A stretch of 63,992 nucleotides of DNA, the filler included, from Dimargaris cristalligena (lineage: Eukaryota), in assembly GCA_003614675.1 (NCBI GenBank). It is 5 parts of 5 records of this genome, joined end to end, with 100 filler letters (N's around TTAATTAATTAA, not from the genome) between each part and the next. Parts side by side here need not be neighbours in the genome. Positions count along the whole stretch, not along the records: positions 13,008 to 25,904 come from ML003017.1; positions 26,005 to 38,881 come from ML003018.1; 3 more parts are not named here. One strand, 5' to 3'. The notes below the pieces were generated by a model. The model saw only the letters and a program-made list of their open reading frames with translations. It did not search any database and was not told the DNA's origin. Position numbers and translations under genes: made by a program. The stretch's first letter is position 1. Each line of letters begins with the position of its first letter. Shown in pieces: positions 13,098 to 26,475 of this stretch.

Positions 13098-14880
13098 GGG
13101 TGCAGTATAAGACCATTTCCAGCCTCAGGCCAGGTACTATCCTTATTATCTGGGCCATTCCTATTAGCCAATACAGTACCATCCTAATCCAGAAGAATCT
13201 ACTACTAGATAACCTAGCACCTACTAAAGAAGGTCAACATAATTATAATAATATACAGGGATAACTCCAGAGGGAGGTCATAAGGGGAGGATACTACTAA
13301 GACTAAGGTATAGATAATTGGGTTGGCCAGATGGCCATGAGGACTTGGAAGACTCTGATGGTAACTGGAAGAGTCTTCAGATCAGTACTTGAGTGATTAG
13401 TATAAAGAGGCAGAGTCCTAGAAGGGGAAGGGTTATATAATATAGGATAATCCTATAGTACTAGGGGTAACTATGGGAAGGTTAATATGGCACCATAAGG
13501 CCTAATATAGTCAGATACTAAGTCAGCCAGATTAGGGTAGATTAGATGGTTTGATGCCTCTCTCAATGGATCTTGTATACAACTGGCCCAAATCCCTTCT
13601 GCACCAATTTATCATGTCTTGAAAATAGTGAGCCTTTATATTGGCCAACCAGCATCTAAAAATAGGCACATTTACTGAATAACTAACCCCACACAGGTGG
13701 TATGGATTGGTTTATTGGTAGATGCTAAATTGCAGCTAAAATGGAGCCTGCAAACCCAAATTGTGGTAGGCAAAGTGTCCTCACTAAATAGTTTCTGGGG
13801 GCCCTTCATATTTACTGGAACCATGCCCAGCTTCATTGGGCTCTGATCCATCAGTATTCCTACCTGGCCCATCTGTTATTGATTCTCAACTATTGGCAAC
13901 TGGCTATTCAACTTGGTCTGTGCCTACCTGTTTATGGATAGCATGTATCCTGCTGAATAATGTGTATCAGGAAGGACCAGTATTTCTGAGTCCTGGATAA
14001 TAAGAGTGCAGCTGACTGTCCCTACTTGGAATGTATGTGAGTAGTCCTACATGTACCCATAAGTGTAGTGCCACCCAGAGGTTGGCACTTATCCCCGGAC
14101 TATGGATAGCCAGTCCTCATTGTCAGAGGGAGGAATATGCCATGATATGCAATGGCAGTATCATTCCCATTATTTACCCATAAAAACATACTGCCTATAC
14201 TGTGGCATACACAAAAAACTAACAAAATATTACTTATTTCTTTATACTCGCAGTTTGCATTAAAAAAGTCCACTGTTCTTCCTTGCATTTAAAAGTCTGA
14301 CCTATTTTTTGGTGGATTCCTTGTCATTCCACCTTGTTCCATTCTTGACCCTTTTTCTATGTCCCTTTCCTTATATCCAGCAGCCCCTAAGGCCCATAGG
14401 ATAGTTACATAAGTAACCAGTGAATTCCCACTTGTTTGGGATAACAATCATCACTCATTTAAATTTTAAACTCATTTTAATATTCCTTGAACTCAATAAC
14501 AACTTTTATTGATTATTAATTATCAACTCCCTTGTTTTTATTGTTTCTCAATAAACTTTGACATTCCTTATTTATTCCCCTGTTCCCCATCTGGTTTACT
14601 ACCCATCCACCCCTCTGTAACCTCAGCATAATGACACTCAACTCTGCCCCTGTCTCCTCTAACTCCGTGAACCTCTAGTCTTCAACAACCAGGGAGCTGG
14701 CCACCATGACTTTTGGCCATGCTGATAAGGAGGACACTGCCTCCTTGCAAAACCCAAAGGCCGCTGGCAATAGGCTGGACCACCCAGGTAGTACACAAGC
14801 CCACAATCCCCTGACAACCCATTGTCCTTGCAGAGCTATTTTGATCAATCCCAGTCATCAGTTACTTACTTACAACTAGC
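13098..14880. mobile_element. Degenerate CpG-depleted transposon relics, including a family A copy at ~13250-13540
   Basis: 13250-13540 aligns by eye with 27225-27510 (CTCCAGAGGGAGGT, GGATACTACTAAGACTAAGGTATAG, AAGGGTTATAT). Almost no CG dinucleotides and no intact ORF. Confidence 0.65.
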
Positions 14881-15576
14881 TGACAATGCTATGGTCGCTG
14901 TACTATGGCCACTGGTTGCCCATAAGCTCTCGATTCCCCATCTGACATTATGTGGCACAGGATACTAAACGGACATCTATGCGACACTAGTATATGATTG
15001 TCCTCGGCTTAAATATATTTTAATAGTAGATCAAAACGCCATTATTTTACATGATATGCCGACTATAGACTTCCAGAGATCCACCCTCCCGGTCGGTCGA
15101 TAAAAGGTTCCAAAACCAAACAGGTGTCACGAACGGACATCATATCACACAATCCTAACACTCCAAAATTGGCCATGAGTACTCGGCCTAAGCCTCTTAG
15201 CCATCTACCTTACGGAATTTTCATGTCGAACCCAAAAGCCGATCTAGAATATATAATACCGTATACCCCTCCGTTATTCGAGTATGACGAAGTAATACAG
15301 GCGATGTGGCCCAACCTCCCTACCAACACCCTTGCCTTGAGTTTATCTTACTGGACTACCGACATTTATATTATAATCAAAATAAAGCACACACCGAATA
15401 TTATTTCGCACGTATTATATTCGTAGTACTTTAATTAATAACAAAGCCTGTATGGCTATGACTGCCTTTATCAAGGCGATGTGGGTTTAGAAATACCCTG
15501 AACCGATATCCAAATAATCGCTATATGTATTCAGTACAGCTGAATGAGAACAGGCATCCACCCCAAATGGACCCAT

Positions 15577-17541
15577 TTAACTGCGATACTTATGCGAGGG
15601 CGGTTGTTGGGTGTCACTATTACGCCCCAAGGCTTCGGCCTGTTTCCGGCGCAAATAAGCCTTCCGGGCATCAAAGCGGGCCCTCAGATCATTTTCAGTC
15701 AACGGGGTGGTTGGTGCATCAAAGGCAAAGTCGTCGTAATCCCGCCACATGGGACTTTCCACTCGGGAAGCGTAGTCGAGCCACGAGCCATCGTAGAGCG
15801 AAACGCGAGGGGCCCCGATTTCCCGGAGCGCTAGGTAAATGACGGCGGCGGTCACGCCACTACCACAGGAGGTAATTAGGGGTTTCTGAATATCCACGCC
15901 CTGCTGCTCAAAGTAGGCCCGCAGCTCCTCGCGGGGTTTCAGAGTGATGGCGTTCGAATCGGGATTGCGGTTGACGAGGTCCTCGAAATGGGTGTTGATG
16001 GAATAGGGGATCTGGCCACTGGGTACTCCCGGGCGGGGTTCAGGAATTTTACCGGTGAATCGGTCGGGGGCTCTGGCGTCCAGGACGTATTCGAGGGAGC
16101 TTTCGTCGATGTTCTTCCCCAGATCCTGCTGGTTAAATAGCTCAAAATTGGCTATTACATCGGCGTGCTTGCGGACGAGTCGGACGTGCCGTTTGCATTT
16201 ATAGTGGTCTTGGGACTATTGACCAAATTGGAGAGGTGGGCGAGGAGAAAGGGGAATATTAAAATATGAATCAGCGTTAATAAATTCGGGGGTTTACTTT
16301 GGTCAATATTTGCGGACTCGTGAATAACGGAAGGTGATGATTGGAGTTGGGCAGGAGTGGGGGGTTATTGAACACTCGGTATAAAACCCTGCTCAACCTC
16401 CAACGGGCAATATATTTAAAATACCGGATACTACCTACCTTGGGCAAGCGGGATAGATCATCCATTCCGCTGAATGTGGGTCGTTTTTCGGCCACCCATT
16501 TGGCCAATCCACCGTCAAGCACCGATACATTCTTATGGCCAAAGACCTTGAACATCCAGTACACCCGGCAGGCTGAGAACAAGTACGAGTTGTCGTAGAC
16601 CACGACGTGAGAGTCCTTATTAATGCCTAGAGTATCCATAGCTTTGCCGAAATCTTCGGCCGAAGGTAACAGGTGGGGTAGAATGGGATGCCGCATGGAG
16701 ATGCTTTCAATTTCCAGGTAGCGAGCGTGCTATGTAACAAGGTCACGGAAGTGGTGTTGTATAGAGTAAATATATATTACATAAATCATCTTGTTAGGGC
16801 AGGTGACATGCACTTAAGGCCTATAATTTAACGGGACGAGTTTCTCCCGAGACCTGTTGGCCAAGGTGTAATGGCTTGAACCTTACCTTAATATGGTTCT
16901 GAAGCCACTCATCACGCATATCCCGGCGGCTGAAGGGCATGACCCAGGAGCCGTCCACGGGGACGACCTTATCGAGATTAGCCTCGAGCCAGTCGGTTGA
17001 GACGAGTGCGCCTAGTTAGGCACCAGTTAGTGAAATACAGGAATACATATTGATATGGGTTGAGCCAATCTGAAATAACCCGAGGGCCGGGGCGGGTATT
17101 TCGTATGCGATGACAGGGTAGAAAGAAGGGAAGGGGAGGCAGACTAAAAAACTAGAGCAGACACTTACTATCAGCATCGCCCTTGACTTCGCCCTCTTCG
17201 GTTACGTATTCGGGGGGCTCCTGGTAGCACGCTTCAGCTAGACTGATGTCTTGTTCTTGCATTTCCTCCTTGAGTTCCCGCTCGATGGCTGCTTCGTCGT
17301 AGCTGTCGGCGATGGAATATTGGTTGGAGTTGAATGCGATGGTTGGGCGCTTCCTCTGGGCGTAGAGGGTAGATTGAGAATGAAAGGCGGCCCAAGTCAC
17401 AGCCGGGAACAGGTTCGGGACGACGGTAGGGATGGTGGGAATGCGGGACGGTAAGGAACGAAGTGTCCAGGAGGACCAATGGGTTCGGGACCGGGTTTGG
17501 GGGAGCTTGGAAACTAAGGAGCGATTGAAGGAGGACTGCAT
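15577..17541 (-). CDS. TUM1: Tandem-rhodanese 3-mercaptopyruvate/thiosulfate sulfurtransferase, 4 exons (17541-17169, 17011-16887, 16729-16439, 16215-15577)
   Basis: LVSTDWL, PHLLPS, VVVYD, RVYWMFKVFGH, LDGGL..W, LDAR...RF.G..PEPR, active loop CGSGVTA and LYDGSW. Introns conserve frame. Confidence 0.92.
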
Positions 17542-18123
17542 TGTGCAGGTGAGGGAGAGAAACGGAGAGAATGGCCGAGAACAATGAGTTATTTAGAACG
17601 AATAGGTAAGGCAAGGGGGGTATGGTGCTGGTTAGCAGTCTACTCGTGCGGGGTTGCTATATGATGTGGTCACGATTAAATGGCTCAATATTAATTTTAC
17701 TTTATTGGCCTGTGCAAGTAGGGGGCTGGTTTACTTAGGAGAGGAGGTAGGTTTGTCTGAGAAAACCTCCTTTTCTGCTCACTTAAGCCTGGAAACCAGG
17801 ACACACGGGTATTGGTGGAGAAGGGTTTGGATGTTACACACATTACAGCTGGCGCTGTCTTGTCTCCCCCATTTCCTATTGCTCATTTGGCTAGCTTATA
17901 ACCCAGTGAACCCTTTAATAGCTGCTGCCCAAAAAAACAGCCCGCGACGCGTCCATAGCACCCCCCCACCTGTGTAGCTCTGGACCCTTTTCACCTTGTA
18001 GTATCCCCCAGAGTCTCTGTGGCCTAGCCTTATAACAACTAATAATTGGACCCTCTCCTCGCCTCATTCCACTATATCTGACCTACTTTATCCCTTCATT
18101 GGTTTTATTCCATTTCCTACGCT

Positions 18124-19738
18124 ATGCCCCTCCAGCCGTACCAGCGCCTGGCCTACTGCCCCAAGGCCGATCTACTCGCCCTGGCCTTTGGCCCCCATTT
18201 GCATGTATGCAGTCTCGCCTCGGGCACCGTGGTCGCCACCACCGAAGTCACCAATGACAATGCGGACCACCTCCAGGCCCCTACCGTGGTTTTGGAATGC
18301 CCGGCGATCAAACCCCGGATCCCTCTGCCCGCCAATAAGACCCCTCAATTAGCCTCCACTGCCTCCAACCCAACCGCGGTCGCCCCGTCGGTGACAGAGG
18401 CCATGGAAGCCACCGTGGACCAGCCCGCGGCCGCCCCCGTCGCTCACGTTAAACCCTTAGCGGGAGCCACTGAGCCCATCGTGGATGCCCCCGTGGACGC
18501 GGTCGTCGTGCCCCCCACCCAATTTGGCTCGGACATCCGGTTGGCCGCCTTCAGCCCGGATGGGCGTTATCTGGTGGTGAGCCGCGATGATAAGGCGCTC
18601 TATCTGTGGGATACCCAATCCTGGAAACTGGTCTTGGGTTTCTGTACTCTCCGTCGCTGCAACAGCCTGGATTTCACCATGGGCGATGACCATATGCCTG
18701 TCCTACTGGTGGCCGATAAATTTGGCGATGTATATCGCTACCCCTTGCAGAAGGATATCCAAACCGGCCCATCTCCAAAGGTGGTTTGGAACGATATTGA
18801 CGATGAACTCATTCTAGGCCACGTATCCATGATTCTGGACCTAGTGGTCACGGCGGATGCTAAACCGTACGTGATTACCGCCGACCGTGACGAGAAAATC
18901 CGGGTGAGCAAGTACCCCAATAGTTATACCATCCAGTCCTTCTGCCTGGGCCATACGGCGTTTGTCAGCACCCTTGCGTGTCTCCCGACTCCCTCTGTTC
19001 CCGCTTTGGTATCCGGTGGCGGTGATGGCCAAATCATTGTATGGAACTACGAACAGGGCCGGCCGACCCAAGTCTGGCGTATGGCCGACCTTCTCGCCCG
19101 CCTCGGGTTCCCGGAACAACCCCACCTTAATGTCCGACGGGTACAAATCACCGATATTGGGCGGTTTGTGGCTGTGATTTGTGAAAAGTAAGTTATAATT
19201 TGGGTCTGGCGGTATCTACTCGCTGGACATAGTTTGGATTTTTACTTACCATATCACTTTTCAATCGTGGATACTGAAAACCCTACGGCGGTATCCCGTA
19301 TTTTCCCCTTGTCCATTAACTTACCTACCCCCATTCCCAACGCTCTACTGTATTATATAACTTCTTGGCAATAGGGTGCCGGCGGTGCTACTATTCCGTT
19401 TGGTTGCGGAGGCCAACCAGGATCAATTTTCTCTGAAATTCGTGCAGGCGCTCCCAACCGCCAGCCCTCCCCTGGACGTGGTCTTCGACCGCCGTGGGCA
19501 ACTGTGGGTCGCTGGCTCTGGGTCTACTGTCGAAGGCGAGCAACCTCCGCTTCTCGAATGTTTCTACCATGATCGAAGCAGCGACCGCTACGCCGCTACT
19601 TCCACCAATCCAGAATTGGCTAAGCAGCCTTGGAACTCGATTTTCTCCGTCGTATCTAGAAATGTTAGCCATCCCCTGCATATTCCCAGTTTGGAGGAAT
19701 TCCGGAAAGACCCTACTCGTGACGCCCATGAGTCGTAA
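18124..19738 (+). CDS. TRM82: tRNA m7G46 methyltransferase non-catalytic WD40 subunit (Trm82/WDR4), 2 exons (18124-19187, 19375-19738)
   Basis: Diagnostic ADKFGDVY, LGHVSMILD, ITADRDEKIRVSKYP, FCLGHTAFVS and LVSGGGD. Confidence 0.93.
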
Positions 19739-20189
19739 ATAGAAGTATGTCACTAATAACTATTTGCCTCACAATCGAAACGTACGGACTGCTTCATGTC
19801 AAAGTATTTTAACTTAATCACCCGATAAAATAAGAAGTCTGGATTTTTATTATTAGGCCCACAATGCGGGTATATAGGCCCAGGGGAATTGTGTTTAAAT
19901 AAGGGCACCCTAAAAGACAATATGTACTATTTAAAGCTGCGGTTTGTCGAAGGTCTGTGAATAATGCGAATTTGCAACCAATAATAATAAAAATGACCCC
20001 CCTCCCTTCATCCATTGTACACAAATATATTGGAATTTCCGTAATGGTGCTAGCCATTCTATCCGCTTCAACGGGGGGGATACAGTAGGGATCATACAGC
20101 TAACGAACGCCCTTATTTTATGCCAACCAACTTATCCGTTAAGGCTGCTAGTTGCAATATACGAATTTTTAAAAAAATGCATTAGTTTG

Positions 20190-20894
20190 CTAAGGCTTCT
20201 TGCGCGAAAGGTACCGTCCGATAAACTTGAGACTTTCGGATAATGGTCCGATCACGTATTTCGCAGTACTTGGAGTCAAGGCCAACGAGGTTGCAATCCG
20301 CACGGGTAGGAGGAGCTTCACCAAAGCATAGGTAGTCGCCAAATGCACCAACGAAATGGGTTTAATCTGGGAAAAATACGAGCTCACCCACTCCATGACC
20401 ATCCCCCGATTAGCCAGCGTCTGTTCCTGGGCCGCCGCCGGCTGCATTTCCCACTCGGCCCGGTCCTCGGGCGTTAAGCCAGCCCCGCGGGTCAACCGAT
20501 ACACCAGTTTGCGGGCCCGCTGCAGCGCCTCGTCCATGGACTCCTCCGAGACGGGTGGACGCCAATCGGTCCACGTTAGTAAACCGAAAATAAGTCCAAA
20601 TGGAAGTACGGCAGTGACTTCGTGGAGGATAATAAAGGCGGTGAGGTGGGTGGCGGGCTTATTGCGGAACTGGTGGTAGTATTTGCGCCAGCCGCGAGTA
20701 TGGGGCGGCGGCGAAGACGAGGACGACGAAGATGTTTGGGTGACCCGGGCTAATCGGGCCCGGAGATCAGCCCGGGACGCTAGACCACGGCGCGGTATTA
20801 AAGAACGTACATTGGTCCCGATCCGCCGGGTAAAGGCTAGACCCGGTTGGCCAAACAGGGTAGGATGTAATGGGGTACCCGAGGTGAATAGCAT
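20190..20894 (-). CDS. FLILHELTA-domain mitochondrial membrane protein (Mrx11-like)
   Basis: KPATHLTAFIILHEVTAVLP and LATTYALVKLLLPVRIATSLALTP. Arg-rich, acid-poor presequence-like N-terminus. Confidence 0.8.
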   Translation of the reverse strand: MLFTSGTPLHPTLFGQPGLAFTRRIGTNVRSLIPRRGLASRADLRARLARVTQTSSSSSSSPPPHTRGWRKYYHQFRNKPATHLTAFIILHEVTAVLPFGLIFGLLTWTDWRPPVSEESMDEALQRARKLVYRLTRGAGLTPEDRAEWEMQPAAAQEQTLANRGMVMEWVSSYFSQIKPISLVHLATTYALVKLLLPVRIATSLALTPSTAKYVIGPLSESLKFIGRYLSRKKP

Positions 20895-20903
20895 GCCGTT
20901 GGA

Positions 20904-20935
20904 GGAGAGGAGAGGAGAGGAGAGGAGAGGAGAGG
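20904..20935. repeat. (AGAGG)n pentanucleotide repeat just upstream of the MRX11-like ATG
   Basis: Seen directly. Confidence 0.85.
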
Positions 20936-21487
20936 GAGGAAAAAATCGAAAATTAAGGGCAGTCCGTAGGCTGTATTGGCAATTGGACAATGGGGCTAAA
21001 CAAGTTGGTATGAATCAAGAAGAGAGTCGTAATGAAGGGTGAATTTGAACGAGAATCAGTGGTCAACCAGCACATTCACTTGTTGGGCTAGGTAACCCTG
21101 TCACCCACCGAATTCAAACCGCCACGGGTCGTGCACTTCTTAATATGATCCACGCATTGCATCACCCTAAATTTTCTAGTAATTGTCCAAATATCAATAA
21201 TTACGGGCATATCAAGTAGGGTTAAATGGACATTTATTCCGCAAGAGCGGATGAAATTTAATGAGCCAAAATATGGCAAAGTGTAGGGAAAGGGGGGAAG
21301 GAGAAAAGGGGGACGGTGGAAATTAGTGGCAAAGGCATATGTAAAAAGATGAGGGGGAAGGAGAAAAAGGTAGGAAAGGGAAGGGTGGGGAGGGGGGAAG
21401 GTGTAGGGCCCAAAAACGGTTAACGGCTCCTCTCTAGAAAGAAAAGATTCGGAGAAGTTTCTGGGGGGGGGGTAAAGAACACGGAAT

Positions 21488-23046
21488 TTAAAAGGTTTCG
21501 TCGTCATCCACTACACCCACATGGTGCATTTGATCATTGATGAGGGACAGTTCTTGGTCTTCTGCGGTGTCGGGCTCGAAACCATCCTCAGTGCTGTAGA
21601 GAATGGCCTGGATTTCGCGCACCAGAACGGTCTCGTTCTCGGTAAATTCGCCCTCGAGCTGTTGGAGGTAGATTTCGACTGAGCGGAGTTTGTTGAAATA
21701 AAAGTCGCGCTCCTTCTCAACCCCATCGATGTTCACCTTGAGTTCGGTTATTTGCTTGTTCAGGTCCTGTATGAGAGTAGCGGTTTTGGGGTCGGCCATT
21801 CCACCGCGGCTGCCGGCACTACCTGTCGCCGAAGGAGCCCGGCCTGCTGGTACCCCCCGTGTGGTGCGACTTGGGGCCCGCTCAGCTGTTGTTCAGGAAG
21901 ACATTAGAAATGAAATAGAATAGGTAGATGGGTAGGTTGGCACAAATCACTCGGTTTACTGGTCTACAGAGTATCAGCGATGGATAATAAACTCCACTTG
22001 GTGGGAGGAGTACACGTTTAATATATAAAAGAAACAAATCATTACATCCAAGGGGGCGCCGGGCACTGGAGACGGTCGACCGAGCAGCGCTACCTGGCCG
22101 GGCGGGACCGCCGGGAACTTCTACGACTTGGCCCCGGCGACGGTTGACGGCATCGTAGTTACCACCAGGGCAGTACTGCTCCCAGAACCGCCGCAGCCAC
22201 TGGAGGAATTCGAAATTGTCTTGGAAACGGTTTTTCATCAAGCGTTCGACGGGGATGACCTAGAGTGGAAAACGAAGCGGGTTTCAATCGAATTAAGGTA
22301 TATCAAAAATATGTCAACAACAGTTGGGGCCGGAGACATTAACTATCAAGAGGCACGGTTGAGTGAGTCCACCCGGAAAATATATTTGACGCATTTGGCT
22401 AAAATAGACGGTTCAGCACGGGTGCCATTGCCGAACCTACCTTATCGATTTTATTGGCGTTGAAGCAGTTCTGAAGGATCTTATAATTTTGAATCGATTC
22501 GTAGTCGCCCTTGGAGTTAAATTTGACCTTGCTCAGCGGTATGTTGCCTAGGAAAAAAAGAAGGGAGTGGTGGTGTTAGGATGGCCGAAAATGCGCGTGA
22601 TGAGAAACGGGACGGAGTAAAATCCCGATGCAATGGGTGACATGCGCTCAAACATCAATGTGAGTAATATCCGAGCGTAAAAAATAATTGGAGTAGCTTA
22701 CCATAGATGGAATCCATGACTTGGCAATAGGCGGCACCTGTATTATTGGAGGATTCGAAAGATATAAAAGTGCCATAAGAAGGGTTGTGGTTAGAATTGT
22801 AAAACCATTAGTACTTGTGGACAGGCTCCGGCGGAAAATTACTGGGAAGGCACTAGCTACTTCGGTTGGCGGGGTCTAGAAAGCCGCCGGGTAACCAATG
22901 GGCAAATGGATGTGACCTGGGTAATCGATCGGGAACTAGGTGTAGTTGGTTGGACACTTACCGGAGCCGAGCTGCTCGATTTTGGTAAAATTGAGCTGGA
23001 GCATCTGGTTCACCCAGCCTAGGAGTTCTTGACGACTTTCGGCCAT
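21488..23046 (-). CDS. BIM1: EB1-family microtubule plus-end protein, 5 exons (23046-22962, 22737-22702, 22547-22441, 22259-22046, 21885-21488)
   Basis: MAESRQELLGWVN, GAAYCQVMDSIY, NYKILQ, FQDNFEFLQW (CH domain), EKERDFYFNKLR..E and ILYSTEDGF (EB1-C), and an acidic DDDETF tail. Confidence 0.94.
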
Positions 23047-24982
23047 GGTTGTTACTCGGGAATGAGAGGGGTGTGGAAAAAGAAGGAGGAGACGAGGGGG
23101 CAAGGAAAGAATTAAGGGAGAGAAGGGAATCACCCGAAAGTAGAAGTGCGATGCTTTCGATAAAACGAGAAAACAGTAGGACAGGGGAGGGGGTCGCGAT
23201 TGGGTTATAAAAACAATACACCTCAGATGGGATAAAGAAACTGGGAGGGGAAGTGTCAAGTGGTGGGGTCCCCCAAGCGGAGTTGAAGGCGAATAAAGAA
23301 AGGATCCTGTGGTTTAGGCTTGACTTAAGGAGAGATCCTCCTCACTTTACGGAAAATTTTGGTCTTATTGGAACTCAGTAGAAGAGTCTCACCTTACCTT
23401 TGTTTCCCCTTCTTTCCATTGCCAGTTGACTTCTTTACCTGGTCCTATTGATACTATGCTTGCTTGGCCCGTTTCTGGTGGTTCATCACCGCCCCTAAAA
23501 TGACAACAAAACAAAGGCAGGCGCCCTGTAAGAGCAGCGGCAATCGTTGCACAGCCCTATCGGAGGGGTTGTTGCGTTCTTCATAACTAACGGACGGTGG
23601 TGGCCGAAAAGTTGAACTAGGCCGCAAAAGAGTAAACACTGGAACTGAATAGCGCGTGGCTGTCCCTGGTAGGCAGTCGGCCATTTGCCTCCATTTGTAC
23701 CGGCCTGGAAGGTGTTCAGTATATTAAAAACCCCTTTGATATGGAAAATGTGTACAAGTGACCGAGTTAACTGTGGCCACTCCAGGTCTAACCGGGATAT
23801 CATACCGAATCCCCAGTACCACCAGATTGTATCGTCTTTTTCCCAAGGCACTTTGGTGAGCCCCGTCTCCCATTACGTACTTGACACGTTGGGTGGTGCC
23901 GGCTAGCCCAACTACCTTATTTTGGACCGCATCGGGATTCCATCGCAGAAAACCCTGTGTCGCTGATGGGGGTTGAGGGGGGAAGATATGCAATAGATAG
24001 GATATACCCAGGTTGCACTTAATCGAACCTTACCGACTAATATATATTCAGCCAGCCTTCCCTGGCTTTGGAAGATGGTAGCCATTTTTCATCCGAACGA
24101 CTTACTGGATACGAATTCGATAATGTGTGTGTACGTAGATGCATTCTGCAGATAGTTGGCCAATTACTGAGCAGCATCTGTAAATATGCCTTAAATATCC
24201 AACCGCCGCCTATTGTCGGACACACCAATCGACAGCAGCGGCAAGACAGGTTCACACGAATTAAGTGGCCGTCGCTTACTACTCCCCGCTAAACTGATCA
24301 AACCGATAGGTAGGAATACGCATCTGCTGCCAGGTTATGGGCTGAGCGGATAAGCAGGGCGCTGGATTAAGCCCTCCGTATCTAACGAATTATCCATTGA
24401 GTATCCCCCCTGCCGGGTGTTTAGATCTTCGGATGATCCACCCCAGTCCAGATGAACGAGACCGGTCCACTGGGTGAGTCGCTTTAAAGGACTCCTCATA
24501 GAGTACCGAACTAACCTAGCCGTCTGATATAAAGTTTGACCTACTCACAAGTATCGAATAGAGTGCATTATGCTATTTATATCAGTTGACCGTTTGGGAT
24601 GACCCATGTGCCTTTGTTGGAAAATAGCCCAGAATGCTTTTTTGAAAAACCAACTACCTATGCAGGCCGAATACAATGCAGGGGTAGAAAACTAGTATGG
24701 AATGGCGTGGAAAGAGGACAAGTAAAGAACATGAAAGGCAAAGTAGACTAAGTCAGATATCCCTGGGGGATTGGGCGGATATACGCGCATATCGTAGGGT
24801 TCAACAAGTACGACCTAGTGCATACACAGTAAACCGACGTATATATGCACCCGGATTGAAGCAAAGGCTCAGAGCCGGTCGCTAATTGAAGGGACCTCGG
24901 CACAAGATGGGGACTGCCCCATAGTCCTGCTTCCTTCATTCTGTATTTTGAGTATAAAAAACAACAACGACAGCTACAAGTA

Positions 24983-25904
24983 TTAGAGGCATTTGCCCTG
25001 TGCACTCATGATGGCCGTCACCGCAGCCCCGACCCCACTGCCGTCTTTGGTTAGCGAAATATTGATTTTGGTCATATTCTCAGCCCCAATGGTTTCCGTC
25101 AGCGACTGGACCATGGTTTCACGGAACGTGCGGAAGTGCTCGTAAAGGGACCCGTCCACTCCGATGGCCAAGGGGTTTTCGGCCGACGCGGCGGCTAACC
25201 GCTCGGACCGGCGTAGGATAACGGCCCCGATGGCCGCCCCGGCGAATCGGGCGGAGCGGTAGGCCACCGTGGTGGCTGTGCGGCGCACCATATAGCGATC
25301 CGCGGGTGACGTACACTCGAGACCCAGCTTGGTGGACACTACCCGGGCCCCTTCTTCGAAATTGGGGGACTCGTCGTCCACCATACGGGAAATCACCGAC
25401 GTGTCCAAAACGTAGGGAGTTTCCAGGGCACAGCTAATCTGGCCCTTGAAAATCAACTGGAGGCGCACCAGGTCTAGGATAACCAGACGGAAGATCTCGC
25501 CCAGGTAGAGACCGGAGATGCGCTTCTCGAACATTTGGCGGCCCACGTTGCTGGAGTTGTTGTCGAGCATGCGGTCGTAGCGGTTGTAGGGAATGACATC
25601 GCCCTCGTTATCAAAGGCACCCCACTCCATATTAATGACCATTTCGTCGTCCGCGGTCACAACAGTCTTGCGGTCCACGCAGGCGGCTCCCAGATCAAAC
25701 TTGGGGATATTGGCGATCTTCTCCATGTAGGCAGCGTTCGATCCGGTCCCCAGGATAATACCCATCAGCGTGTTGGGATGGCGGTAACTGCACGCCACCA
25801 GTGCCCCCACCGTGTCGTTCAGCAGGGCCGTGACGGTTACCCGGATGTTACGGGCCTCCAAGGCGTTCTGCAGAAGGCCCACAATATCCTTACCCTCGGC
25901 CCCG
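24983..25904 (-). CDS. Hexokinase/glucokinase, 3' part (5' truncated by contig end)
   Basis: ALLNDTVG, GIILGTGSNAAYME, INMEWGAF, FEKRISGLYLGEI, VDGSLYE and DGSGVGAA. Confidence 0.95.
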
Positions 25905-26004
25905 NNNNNNNNNNNNNNNNNNNNNNNNNNNNNNNNNNNNNNNNNNNNTTAATTAATTAANNNNNNNNNNNNNNNNNNNNNNNNNNNNNNNNNNNNNNNN
26001 NNNN
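25905..26004. other. Artificial contig linker
   Basis: N44-TTAATTAATTAA-N44. Confidence 0.98.
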
Positions 26005-26058
26005 GCAAAAAATAGATAAAAAATAAAAGTAGGTAAAAAATGTGGTAAGTTCACTACA
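26005..26058. repeat. Repeat family B terminus, second copy
   Basis: Near-identical to 13044-13097. Confidence 0.7.
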
Positions 26059-26475
26059 CTCATCCTGCTGACCCAAGACTCTTCTGGTTCCCATAAGAGT
26101 CTTCTAGATATGAAGCCATCCAGTCAGACTCTTTATCTACCTATACCTTAGTCTTAGTAGCATTTTCCTGGGAACCTCCCTCTGGAGTAGTACCTGTATA
26201 TATACAACTAGGCCCCATTAGGACTGGTTAAATTCCTTAGCTTATTATTACCCCCTAGTTTACCCAATAAACTCTATATATACTCACCCCCCTCATACTA
26301 ACTAGTAAGTGTGCCACTGCACATCCCTGATATTTACCTGCACTTTCCTTTATTGGTTAGTACTATGACTCACCCTAATGTTAGTAGCCTGCTTGGCTGA
26401 GTCTAAGCCCCACCTACCATTAGAAGCCTATCCTTGGGACTCTTGATGGACTAAGAGTGGTTAACCTGGATGGCA
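26059..26475 (+). mobile_element. Family A LTR-like repeat (partial)
   Basis: Reverse complement of ~26945-27355 and direct match to 52250-52397 (CCTACCATTAGAAGCCTATCCTTGGGACTCTTG). Ends GTTAACCTGGATGGCA. Strand is nominal. Confidence 0.7.
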
